A DNA stretch of 63,831 bases, filler included, from Lenisia limosa (lineage: Eukaryota > Protista > Breviatea), in the NCBI GenBank assembly GCA_001655205.1. It is 15 parts of 15 records of this genome, joined end to end, with 100 filler letters (N's around TTAATTAATTAA, not from the genome) between each part and the next. Parts side by side here need not be neighbours in the genome. Positions count along the whole stretch, not along the records: positions 33,159 to 41,451 come from LPNZ01003679.1; positions 41,552 to 43,259 come from LPNZ01002813.1; positions 43,360 to 45,666 come from LPNZ01006659.1; 12 more parts are not named here. One strand, 5' to 3'. Position numbers and translations under genes: made by a program. Of the stretch, positions 33,462 through 45,405 are shown piece by piece. The stretch's first letter is position 1. Each line of letters begins with the position of its first letter. The notes under the pieces were generated by a model, which saw only the letters and a program-made list of their open reading frames with translations, did no database searches and had not been told where the DNA came from.

Positions 33462-36416
33462 GAACGCAGGAGACGGAGGGGAAGTTCAAAGTGTCCTTTG
33501 CGCAAGTTATATCCACAGAGATGCCGCTGTAATCCGCAAGCTCATAACCCTCGTCACAGGTCACGGTACAATAGTTGTCAACGGTGTCCCCGCTGACACA
33601 CGTGTGGCTGGCATGGGCTTGGGCAGGGTAGAGGTTGCATTCCTTGGCTGGAGAGATTTAGATGAACAAATACATGTATATAAGGGTGGCCGTCATATTG
33701 TATATACATTTTCTTTCGGCTTGCCTTCCCCCTCATATATAGTATATATAGACCCCTACCCCCTTATATACGTTTTTTATTTACATTTGATAAAAATAAT
33801 ATATGATACAGTACGTTTTATTTAAAAACCCCAATTTTCAATAAATATCAATTCACATTAACAAAGTGATAAATTAAAAAAAGCCTCATCAAGTCAGTTT
33901 GGTTTAATTCGAGAACCGCTTTATCCATATATGATATAGCTATATAATTATATACATATATCAGATATATAAGACGACCCCCCTAATAAAAACAGCATTC
34001 TGGGATATCCGCATACGAACGCAGTCAGAGGAAGAGAAGTCCCAATCTCCGGTGGTGTCGTCACAGGAAAAAGTGGTGACAAAAGGGATGTTATGCTCAT
34101 AGCCAACGTCGCAATCAACTTCGCAGTTCTGGGGAAGGTAAAACGAAGGAAATTTCGATAAAGAATATTGTCGTAATTGTACTTATATCGAACCGAATAA
34201 TCCTAAACTCCAAACTCCAAACTCCAAACAAAAAACAAGAGGGAGGGGGGTCGGTAAAATTTGAATATTAACGAAACAAAAAAGCCCGAGATCAACCTGT
34301 TGGCTGACAACACAAGAGGGTTGAAAGTAACAATGCAAAATAACTTTTTTCTAAGCTAGCATAACCCAAAATTTAGCATAAAAAAAGTAACTCTTGATAA
34401 CTGCAATTTTATGATCTTTTGTACAAAATCGCTTGCTCCATCCTCCAACAGTCTGAGTAGTGGGATCGATGCAAGTGGATGACAATTCACCATTAGCAAT
34501 CAGGGAGTTGTTCCAGGCTAAGCAGTCCATTTCTAAAACCGTAAAAAAGATACAGTGTCACTCGGGCTTCCCTATGGTCGGAAAAAGACAGGGAAAATAA
34601 TATTGATGAAGGATTTATCGAGAACAATTTTTTTGAGAACGTAGGGAGGCATCTCCACGGGAGGCATCTCCACATACCGACACATTTAATGCTTTGGCTG
34701 TAGTCACTTGTGAGAGAATCGCAGAAAAAGTGGCCTTGCGTTTCCTTGTCAGTGTTGTCAAACACATAGCCAGCATCACAGGTAAAACCACAGCCAGCCA
34801 CAGAGTCATCAGAATCACATGCGTCCTGGGTGACGTACTTTGACGTAGGGTCGAAGGAGGAGCAAGTTTTGGCTACGGAAATGAGATGTGAAGATGGATG
34901 TTGTTGTCAGAGTAGGACACATAAAGCACAAATAAATCCCAAACCCACGTTCACAGGAGCCGAAGGACCAGCTTTGAGTTGCCAAATCACATTGGATGCT
35001 GGTACTAGTACCAACAATAGCATAGCGATCATCACAGGTGAACTGACAGTTGTCATTTTCATTCAAAAGACCCCAGTCATTGTTTGTGCATGACAGAATC
35101 ATATTGGCCTTCTCTGTGATGATTGGGCATCCTGTGGAGTAAGTGGACGATGAAAATTTCAATAAGACCTTTAGGTTCCATTGACATATCAATCAAAAAA
35201 AATATATATATATATATATATGATATATGATATGTTTTGATCTGGCTTTGACAATGACAGCTCTGCTCCCCCCGAACCAAGACAATCTTCACCACTCCAA
35301 GACCCATCAATAGATGAGCAGCTAAAAGGGTCTTCGGTCGACTTGATGTAGCCTGAGTCACAAGACGTCAGCGTACATGTCTGCAATAATTAGTTCTGTT
35401 GAAGTGATAAATGAATAATAAATAAGACAGGCGATACTCATCGATCTTCGATATCTGTCAAATTAATGACAGAGCAAGGAGGTAATTAAGAAGAAAAGTC
35501 TACTATATTAGGGCTTCGCTACGGTCCCAAAAAAGACCGAATTTCACGATAAATCCTCGAGAAATATCGACAATTTACCGGTCTTTTTCGGACCGTAGAG
35601 AAGCCCAAGTTACCACCCAGTGAGGCAGGGATCCAACCGGTTTAAAAAAGACAGATACAATATCGATAATTTAACGGTCTTTTTTCGGACGCAGGGAAGC
35701 CCAAACTATATTACCTCCTTGGACAGTAGGGCGTGGATCCCTAATACGAAAGGTCTCTCTGAACTAACTCCTCAGCTTGCTCAGCTGTGAACCTCGGGTC
35801 GGTTCAGGGTGTCAATGGTGATCAACATGCAACATCCCTCTCCCCTCCCACGTGCTTTGAAGTCAATCCATTAAGGACAGAACGGACAGCGGTTGTTTCG
35901 GTCCAGCTACATTGGGTGTCACCATGCTCCACAAAGAGAGGATCACAGAAGGACATTGAATCTAGTCGATCAACGGGTAAGGGAGGGAGTTTTCTCGCGA
36001 CCATTCAAGACCACGGGTAATTATTATATGCTCACATCACCCTTAACAATGTGGGGAAGAATGATGAGGGTTTCAATAAAATTTTCACCAATCCTCAAAC
36101 ATTCGCATTTGCCGTCAATGCAGGTGGATTCAGCTGGACAAATATTAGAGCACATTCCACAGTGGGTATTGTCTGTCTGGATGTTGACACATGAAGAATC
36201 ACAGGTCGTTAACGGACAATCTGAATGGTCACCTGGGTACTAATAGATTCTTATATTCATATTTTGAGTATACACCGGCTTCCTGTCTTCCTTACCGCAA
36301 ACACCGCCTTCACAGATTTCGTTTAAGCCACATTGCACGTTGCAAGCGCCGCAATGATCAGTACTTGTTGTAACATTTACACATGAACCTCCGCAGTCAA
36401 TTGCAGGGGTAGTACA
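33462..36416 (-). CDS. Cys-rich extracellular protein: two Stig1-like repeats followed by at least 5 sushi/CCP-like modules
   Basis: DCGGSCVNVTTSTDHCGACNVQC, TCDSSCVNIQTDNTHCGMCSNIC; then CTLTSCDSGY, CQFTCDDRY, CGFTCDAGY, CEVDCDVGY, CTVTCDEGY, several followed by W..C. Confidence 0.75.
34129..34340 (-). repeat. Stacked family A, C-run and family B ending at a minus-strand acceptor
   Basis: Reverse complement: A...aattttaccgaccccccctccctc - tttggagtttaggattattcggttcgat...ctttatcgaaatttccttcgttttaccttccccag|aactgc. Confidence 0.85.
35510..35703. mobile_element. Tandem/composite family C MITEs (cctacggtcc-type ends)
   Basis: tagggcttcgctacggtccc...ggaccgtagagaagccca and a second ...ggacgcagggaagccca; flanks tactatat / aactatat. 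Confidence 0.7.
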
Positions 36417-36901
36417 CTGAAGAATGAACGGGGCCACACAAGTCATCATCAAACCTCTCCAGAAACCGCTGAATAAAGACCAAGAAATATAAATAGTATT
36501 ACAGAGAACGTCCTCGGCATTTTAAAGCACAAGAAAATCGCTTAGTAAATGTCAGGCTAGCCCGTTGCTCGCTAGAGCTTCAAATAGGATGCTTTATTGG
36601 ACACTACCAATAAATACACAATCAAAAGATCACTAAATGAAAAAGAGCCTTTATTTAACAGTTTTTTGTTTAAAACGCAACTCCGCCACCGTAATTGCTT
36701 TTCTTTCTGCTCAGTATTTATAACCCTTGGTCGAATCTAGGATCTCATTTTTTCATACAGAATAAAAAAGCCTCAAATAACAAGCATAGCAACGGTCACA
36801 TGTCTCCGCTCCGCATAGGCTCCAATGAAGTGTCAAAAGCTTATATACATTGACGGTTGACAAGTTACAGACAAGTCAAGGTCAGAGAGTGGAAGAACAC
36901 A

Positions 36902-38974
36902 CTACGCCAAAAGGCTCAAAAGACTGCGTCCGGCAATGACTGCAGTCTCAACTTCACGGGAGCTGGCTTCCTTGTGGGAATCTAAAATATTAACAACTTA
37001 CAAAGAAAATATGTTCTTTACTGGAAATCTAATCAGATTAACATTACATCGGCGCTTATAAAAGAACATTCAACATATTTTGAGATGAGAAAAAAAATAT
37101 TGGCTACAACTGAGAAAATAATACGACAAAATTAAATTTTCTAAAATATACATATTGATCTGGAATTTATAAGCTCTAGCATGATAATCAACTCAAAAAG
37201 GACCCACCTCCGCTGTCGTTGGAATCGCTCTTCTTAATGCAGTCTGGGAGAAGAGGTCCACCGCCTGTGAAGTGTCATTTTTTTTTTGTCATTTTTTTTG
37301 CAGTAAAGTCAATTAAAACTAGGACCATAAAGATCCGTGGTTGAAGGGTCAATATCTTCAAAATTTGACAATAACAGTGATATATGCTGGCCGCGATATG
37401 GGAAGCCTGCTACGATGAAAAAGATAAGGCTCAAAAACATTGACGTACGTATCACGGTCACCACGCCCTGCTTACAGAACATTGAAATGATGAAGTAGAT
37501 GAAGAAGAACACAATGAAGACAATGATGAGAGTGAGCTTCATGTTCTGAAAAAAATAAGAAATTAAGGACTTTGGGTTAGAATACCTTCCACCACATAGC
37601 ACGCTTCAAAGTAGTTGAGTTCTTCTTAAATCTGAATGCCTAACATGTCAGAAAAACGGGGGTAAAATTGTAAAATTTATGAAACAAAAAAGCCCAAGTC
37701 AACTATGCTAACAACCCACGAGGGCTGATAACAACAAAAACAGAGCCCGGGCCAGTCGCTTCTGCATCACCGCATCCCGGCGTGGGGGGGGGGGGCAACA
37801 NNNNNNNNNNNNNNNNNNNNNNNNNNNNNNNNNNNNNNNNNNNNNNNNNNNNNNNNNNNNNNNNNNNNNNNNNNNNNNNNNNNNNNNNNNNNNCAAAACA
37901 ACATATCAAAAGCAATGCCGGCTTGTATGGCTCGGTAAATCCGTAAAAGTATCGACTTTTGTGGGAAACTATCTCATATTATGGGAGCAACGCGGATCCC
38001 AAAAAGAAGAAATGGATTGTTAAGAAAGAAAACTCCAACTACCCTCGTACTGTTGTGTTGAGGTTTTCACTTTTGCCCACAAGAAGGTCAATACGCTCAC
38101 CACGACCAATGACCTTATCTATACCCAGTGTCAGACAAGAGATTGTTTCATATCAAAAATCAAACAGCTAAGTCAATTAAAAAAAAAAAATCCGTGGTAG
38201 TGATATTAAAGAAAAGCCCCAAATTAATCAGATTAGCCCACCGATGTTGTCCTGCATAATGGATTGGACCTCGTCCACCTCGCCTTGAATGGCTGTCACC
38301 TTCTCATTTCCAGAGTTGTTGAAATAGTTCTACTGTGTGACAAAAGAGAAAAGGGAGCTTGTGAGCAATGACACTCCAAATAATGACGACACCATCGGTA
38401 CCCTCTAACCATCTGCTTTTGAAGGATCTTTGGGAAGTCTTGGTTCATAGCGTATGACATGGCGGTCTTACCCCTGGGATATCATCTTCGGAAATACAGA
38501 TTGAAATCAAACTCAAAAATATAACCAGGTCCTCTTTGATGTGATCTGTCTGAGAAATGGCAAATCACACCTGCTTTACTCATCCATAATAATTACAAAC
38601 TGCACTCGCGCTTACTGGTCGCTGTATGTAGACACCCAGCGGTTCTTGATGTCTTCGAGGAAAGCAAAGGGAATGTTGCGACCCATCGCCTCATCAGCCA
38701 TACACAGGAAAGTCATTCCATCGTGAATAATATGGTGGAAGGCATGTCTAAATCATGGTAAGCAGGGCAAAGAGAGAAGTAGGTTCCCACTTATCATAAA
38801 CATAGGACATTTTCTCCTGATCAATCTTAGAAAGCAGTGTTCTGGTGATAGTGGTGAAATTGCCAGAGGTGGAAGTGAACTCTAGGATGTTAGTGAAATA
38901 GTATTAAAAAAAATGAATGTCCAACCTGCGAGAACAGTGGTTTCCCGAGCAACAAGGGAGTATATGATTGGCAT
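36902..38974 (-). CDS. VAMP7: Vesicle-associated membrane protein 7 (longin R-SNARE), complete
   Basis: MPIIYSLVARETTVLA|EFTSTSGNFTTITR...KMSYVYDK|HAFHHIIHDGMTFLCMADEAMGRNIPFAFLEDIK...|GKTAMSYAMNQDF...|...IQGEVDEVQSIMQDNI|DKVIGRGERIDLLVGKSENL|AFRFKKNSTTLKRAMWWK|NMKLTLII (TM)...MFCGGPLLPDC...*; all junctions GT-AG and in phase. Confidence 0.95.
37658..37778 (-). repeat. Family A repeat, full length, near the 3' end of a VAMP7 intron
   Basis: gggatgcggtgatgcagaagcgactggcccgggc...tttcataaattttacaattttaccccc, ending 17 nt before the acceptor at 37640; preceded by another C-run. Confidence 0.85.
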
Positions 38975-39314
38975 TGTGGTTTAGAAAGCGGGAATATAAA
39001 CAGTGTAGCAACTACTCAATCCAGCTAACTTATAGAATTGTTTCAGAATAGCAATAACTTTGATATTGTTGTATAAATGAATGTATTTACTTGATGTGTA
39101 ATACCGCACTGGATTTTTTAAAATTTTCCTAAGTTTATATAGTTAAGCGGCCGTGTGCTTCCGGAATCAGTCAAAAAGGCCCAGGGGAAAAAATCCAGTA
39201 TCTACACTGAATACTTCTTTATTATTATATTTTGACAACCAACCTATGGAATGAACCAATTTATCTTTTGTATATTCCCATGAGAATGACGCGTCAGCTA
39301 TTTTTCTTCAGACA

Positions 39315-41052
39315 ATGACTCTAACACCCCCATCTGCCCCCAGCCTGAGACCATCACGTTCATTTTCAAATCTTCCCTTGTCAGATGGAATTGTTTTGCC
39401 ACCTAGCACAGCACGACCTAGACCTAAGTCAGCGCATCCCGCTGGAGACTGGAGAAACTGTATTCTAAACACTGCTAGTACTCGCAATAGACCCGCGTCA
39501 CCTCCGGAGTTTTCTCTGTTGTCCATTAAAGAGTCTGAGCCAAAATGGATGCCCCCTCCAGTTCGCTACGCCTTTCTGCAATCCAATGACGAGAATGATG
39601 GTGATAACCGCGACAAGGGCCCCACTGCCCTTTGCTTTCTCGAGGAGGACACGATCATATATCCAGGAGACCAGCCGGAACCTGAAAAACGCCCATTTTC
39701 CCGTTCTAATACGTCCTCTGATGAGGAGTCTGACGGAGACAACGAGATTACTGGATTATCCTTCGACCTTCCCGTGTAAGTTGGAGCTAAGTTATGTATT
39801 AGTATGCTCGTGTATTGCTAGCCAACAGAGTTGATTTGATTTGGGCTTTGTTTATTTCATAAATTTTCCCTTTTTACTTTAGTACCTTTACGCCAATATT
39901 CTTCATCGAAAAATTCTTCGTTCTACCCCCCCCCCCNNNNNNNNNNNNNNNNNNNNNNNNNNNNNNNNNNNNNNNNNNNNNNNNNNNNNNNNNNNNNNNN
40001 NNNNNNNNNNNNNNNNNNNNNNNNNNNNNNNNNNNNNNNNNNNNNNNNNNNNNNNNNNNNNNNNNNNNNNNNNNNNNNNNNNNNNNNNNNNNNNNNNNNN
40101 NNNTCAGCCGAGCGCCTTTCGTGCCATCAGGTGACAACTCCACCATGTTTGGGGGGGGGGGGTTAAATTGGAAAATTGATGAAACATAATGGGGCAAAGC
40201 AGGTCAGTTGCCATATAGGGAGTAGAAATACACCAGTTTTAGGCTGATATTGTCATCACTTGGTTCGCAAAAGACTGTAAATATAGTTCAATTGTATAAT
40301 TATGTTCTCATAGCTTTGGTTGGATGGAAATATCTGAACAGGTTTCTCTCCCCGGATATACCTTCAACAGCCCATGATACTTCGCTGTATATTTTGTTGT
40401 TTTTGTTTCAAATTTCCTTCCCNNNNNNNNNNNNNNNNNNNNNNNNNNNNNNNNNNNNNNNNNNNNNNNNNNNNNNNNNNNNNNNNNNNNNNNNNNNNNN
40501 NNNNNNNNNNNNNNNNNNNNNNNNNNNNNNNNNNNNNNNNNNNNNNNNNNNNNNNNNNNNNNNNNNNNNNNNNNNNNNNNNNNNNNNNNNNNNNNNNNNN
40601 NNNNNNNNNNNNNNNNNNNNNNNNNNNNNNNNNNNNNNNNNNNNNNNGTCCTCCCTGAGTTCCAGCGGTTCTCTTTCGCCAGGGCTTTTCAGCTGCAATC
40701 GCTCGAGTCCGAGGAATTCAGTCCTACTGTTTGGGGGGAGGGGATATGTCCTTGGTACGTTTCAACTTGGGCTCTGTGCAAATAATTGAAAAAATATTTG
40801 CAAAATTTGAAGTGTGATACATTTTAATGTAAACTCAATTTGACACTTTAATTTCAAAATTTGTCAATCATTTTCTTCAAAAAAAAAAATTGCACGAAGT
40901 CGTAATTTCAACATATTGTGCAACCCAAAGTGAAACTGAAGGTATTCACCGCAAAAAAATTGAGACCCATTTTCTCCATTCACCTTAACCAACAGCAGCA
41001 ATATTCACCAGCAATATTCAACACCACTAGCAGTATTCACCTCCAATCTTAA
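39315..41052 (+). CDS. Hypothetical Pro/Ser-rich, acidic protein; large first exon 39315-about 39774, later exons partly in gaps
   Basis: 154-aa ORF with natural composition (MTLTPPSAPSLRPSRSFSNLPL...DEESDGDNEITGLSFDLP); downstream exon VLPEFQRFSFARAFQLQSLESEEFSPT. Confidence 0.55.
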
Positions 41053-41568
41053 CCATCACAGGGGCGGACCTACACCCCCGGAGTTGGCTGCCACTGTCAC
41101 TACGACTGGGTATTAGGGCTTCACTTCGACAACCTATTTTTATAATTGTTTTTGCATCATACAACCGGATATTCTACTATACCAAGTTCAGTAATCGAGC
41201 TAGAACAGAACCAAATAAATGATCGGAGACACTATATAGAGGAATGACTATTTTTTATTTTGGTTTTTGCGGCATACCCTTCTTTCATGCCCTTCTTTTG
41301 TATTCTCATTATGACTGAGTATGCTGGGGGTTTTTTTGTTTGTTGTTTTTTTGTTTTGTTTTTTTGTGTGTATGTGAACAATAAAAAGATAATAATCTAT
41401 ATTTAAAAGTAAGAGAGGATGAAAAATTGATATGCTGGGTCTTCTTCTGTANNNNNNNNNNNNNNNNNNNNNNNNNNNNNNNNNNNNNNNNNNNNTTAAT
41501 TAATTAANNNNNNNNNNNNNNNNNNNNNNNNNNNNNNNNNNNNNNNNNNNNCCCCCCCCCCCCCTCAG

Positions 41569-43096
41569 CTCGTCTTTTGCGTTTGTACAAAAGCCGGGCG
41601 GTGAGGCGGAACTGATAAGTCACCTAGTGTAAGTGGGGCTCTTAATTTACTGGAGAAAGGGGGGGATGGGTGTTTTTGTTGAGGGTTTCTCAAATGCTTG
41701 TGTAAATGTGTAAATGGAGGTGGGAATGTTAAATCGTTTTGTTTAAATGTAAGACTCTTAATTTCTTTTGATATGGTGGAAACAGCAATAGATTGAAGGT
41801 ATTTACGTGTGGTGGGTGGCTTTCTTCAGTCCAAGTATATTAGGATGCTTATGGAGAATTTATTGAGAAATTCAGACTTTTTTTTTTGACTATAGCGAGT
41901 TTCTAATATTATTTTTTAGATTACCTTCAGCGCCAGTAGAAGACTCTCATGCCACAAACAAGGTAAATAAGGGTTACTTAAGCAAAAAACATGGGATCAC
42001 CGCATAATTGAGTAATTCCTTCACATATTGTCCCTGACCCATTGGGAATTAATTCAAAACCAGCTATATTCATCTTGACACAGATGGAATATGATATTAA
42101 TAGCGTTCAAAATCTAGTTATAGTTTCTCTGCTCATTCATTTCAGCTTTACGTGGACTCTCAGAATGCGGTGCTTCAATCGGAGATTGACGTAAGCATAA
42201 TCAATATCAGGCTTGTTGTTTATTTTGAATAATATGTAGCTAATAATAATAATGTAATATCTGATACTAGTATATCATATTACTACGTTCTATTGACTTA
42301 GTATATTGTAATGTAGGATGAATAATATGTGACTAAGTTCCAAGATCTACCCCTTTTTTCACCCACTGAACCCCCTCCAGTCCATGAAATCCGAATTGAA
42401 TATTATTGCTGGCCGTTTCTACGTACATGTACAGAAAGTTGCTGTAGGGGGAGGGGACTCGCTGGTGATTTCAATTTTGTGTTTTTTTTTGTATTTCCCT
42501 AACATGGGCTTTTTTATTGTTGTTTTCAAACTGATGCCGACATAATTGATTTTGGGGTTTTTCAATATTTTATTGTTTACGCCAATAGCTTTTCCATCAA
42601 AATTTCCTTCGTTTACTTGGGCTTTTTTGTTTCATAAATTTTCCAATTTTACTNNNNNNNNNNNNNNNNNNNNNNNNNNNNNNNNNNNNNNNNNNNNNNN
42701 NNNNNNNNNNNNNNNNNNNNNNNNNNNNNNNNNNNNNNNNNNNNNNNNNNNNAGGGTTATACCCGGCACTACTTGACAAATACGAAATTACACGTTTGTG
42801 GCTATGTTTAAATAAGATATTACACGTTTGTGGCTGTGTTGATATACGAAATTTATAACCTGAAAGGTTCTACCCATAACACGAGATCATATTATCGAAC
42901 ATACCATCCCAAAGAAGTGGCAGTGCATAATACCGGAGTTATTCAAAGTTGGAGCATCACTGTCAGTTCCAAAAAGACTGAATTCTAGATATATTCTCGA
43001 CAATATTGATAGTTTATCCATCTTTTGAGCTCAAAAATGACCTGCCTCAGGAGGAACTGCCAGCCCCGTGTGTTCTCCACAACCGAACAGAAACTG
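41569..43096 (+). CDS. Multi-exon hypothetical protein (fragment)
   Basis: SSFAFVQKPGGEAELISHL, LPSAPVEDSHATNK|LYVDSQNAVLQSEID|SMKSELNIIAGRFY, EELPAPCVLHNRTET, with canonical junctions. Confidence 0.45.
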
Positions 43097-43825
43097 GTGT
43101 GAGTGTTAAATGCAACACTCTTAACAGTTCTTTTCAGTCCTATGTGAGGGGGACGGGTGTGAAGGAGGGAGAATTTGGTATGGGGGGATATGAGGAGGAG
43201 TGGAGCACAGGGGACTATCTAGTCCTCTGTGATGAGGCGTCAGGAAGGACAGGGGGAATNNNNNNNNNNNNNNNNNNNNNNNNNNNNNNNNNNNNNNNNN
43301 NNNTTAATTAATTAANNNNNNNNNNNNNNNNNNNNNNNNNNNNNNNNNNNNNNNNNNNNCTATACTAATTATATCATTATGAAATAGCTGGGATTCCAAT
43401 GTAATATATTATGGAAATCTGAAGAACGGGATTACAGCCCTAGTGGACTATACTGTGAACTTGAAGGGACTCTATTGAGTGCAGGTCCGCAAGTCCCGCC
43501 CATTGTTGCCCCTAGTGTTCTGATGCTCGCAGTCATGGGGGGTAGGCTGATTTTTTAACAAAAGTGGGACCTCCTCTAACCCCCACGCAGTGTGCGAAGT
43601 TTATTAAAATGAGCAAGGCGAGTTTGTTCGGCAAAACTGTACCTTATTAACAGAAACACAGTACTACAATTGCACGAGAAGTATTATACAGGTTCGGCCT
43701 ACAGTTGGATAGTCGTCGAATTGGGTAAAAGCCTTCAACTGAATTCTTGTGAAAATATTAGGAATTTTCATATCTTACATGGGAATCCTGCAATTTTTTG
43801 AAATTTGAAGAAAGGGATTGCCCAT

Positions 43826-45405
43826 ACAACAGGGAATCCCAAGTCGATGCGCCGTAGTGTGTCATTCAAGCCTTGGTGTTTGTCAATGTTCCCTATCGGA
43901 TCAAGTGAATATGTAGGCTGGTTATAATTTAGGTCAAACAATATCAGATGAATCAACAATGCCCCCCCCCCCCTTTTGGAATCAACTCTCAATGCATTTT
44001 TATGTGATCATCAAGACAAGATTAACATACAAATTCATAGAAACAATAAATGGAATCTAGGGGGTGACTTAGACAGACACGGCGAAAATGGTCTCATCAG
44101 CTGAAGCGTGATAGACATTGACGCGTTGCGGAATTGTCGTAGCATCGGGTCGGAAGAGGCACGTGCTGGGTGATGTGAAAGCAATTTACGTAAACAAAAA
44201 AAAAATCGCTTTCTTTATACTATTTCATATGATCTGTAGAGGTGAGATGCTATTAAAGCGGGTCTCCACCAGATTCACAGGAAACAACGTTTAGAGATAA
44301 AACCATACACCTTCCCCTGTACTGGGCTTTGTTTGTTTGACATCCCTTGTGTGTTGTCAGCCAACAGAGTTGCTTTTTTTTGTTTCATAAATTTTCCAAT
44401 TTTNNNNNNNNNNNNNNNNNNNNNNNNNNNNNNNNNNNNNNNNNNNNNNNNNNNNNNNNNNNNNNNNNNNNNNNNNNNNNNNNNNNNNNNNNNNNNNNNN
44501 NNNNNNNNNNNNNNNNNNNNNNNNNNNNNNNNNNNNNNNNNCCTTACCCTCCGAGATTAGTTCAGCAGCCTGCGTAAAAAGGGAAGCCCGTGTATTATTG
44601 GAAATTATGGGAATTTTTGGGACATATTGTACAGGTCCATTCAGACAATCTATTTCAATTTTTGTAGAAATGAAAGAATGGCTTCTACATAAGTAGGGCT
44701 TACCTACGATCCGAAAAAGTTATCGAGAATGGGTCATCTTTTCCCAGTTATATATATTACTATCCCAATGATCCAAAAAGATATTCCTCCAAANNNNNNN
44801 NNNNNNNNNNNNNNNNNNNNNNNNNNNNNNNNNNNNNNNNNNNNNNNNNNNNNNNNNNNNNNNNNNNNNNNNNNNNNNNNNNNNNNNNNNNNNNNNNNNN
44901 NNNNNNNNNNNNNNNNNNNNNNNNNNNGTTTTTTTTCTCCTGAATTTTATGAATTCATTGACCAATAAAAGATGCCTATTTATTATGATTTTCTAAAAAA
45001 AGGCAACTTATTACGCAATTTAAACTTGTTTTAGAAGCTAGAAAAGGAACAAGATACAGATTCATAAGTCTGGGAGCTTTCAAACAATTGCTTCAAAAAT
45101 ACAAATTGAATATATTCATTCACGCTAGAAATTCTCTATTGTTGCCTTTCCAAAGTCGAAGCGCTCATTCAACTCAAAAGATGGACAGTGATCGTATGGC
45201 CTTCCCCTACATTACACACATATTCATGATAATTGAGAGATTCAGAACTTTTTTGGACAGTAGGGAGGCCCTATTCCCCAAACATCACACTCATCTTCAC
45301 TGTTGATACTCCCCACCTACAGCACATTTATCTTCAGGGTTGGTGTACCCTCCATATTTCGAAAAGTCAGTATTGATAGAATACTGGTCATTGCAGTAGT
45401 TCGTG
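43826..45405 (-). CDS. Probable exons of an unidentified gene
   Basis: TNYCNDQYSINTDFSKYGGYTNPEDKCA, AAELISE, PTYSLDPIGNIDKHQGLNDTLRRIDLGFP, bounded by AG/GT; linkage uncertain. Confidence 0.3.
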
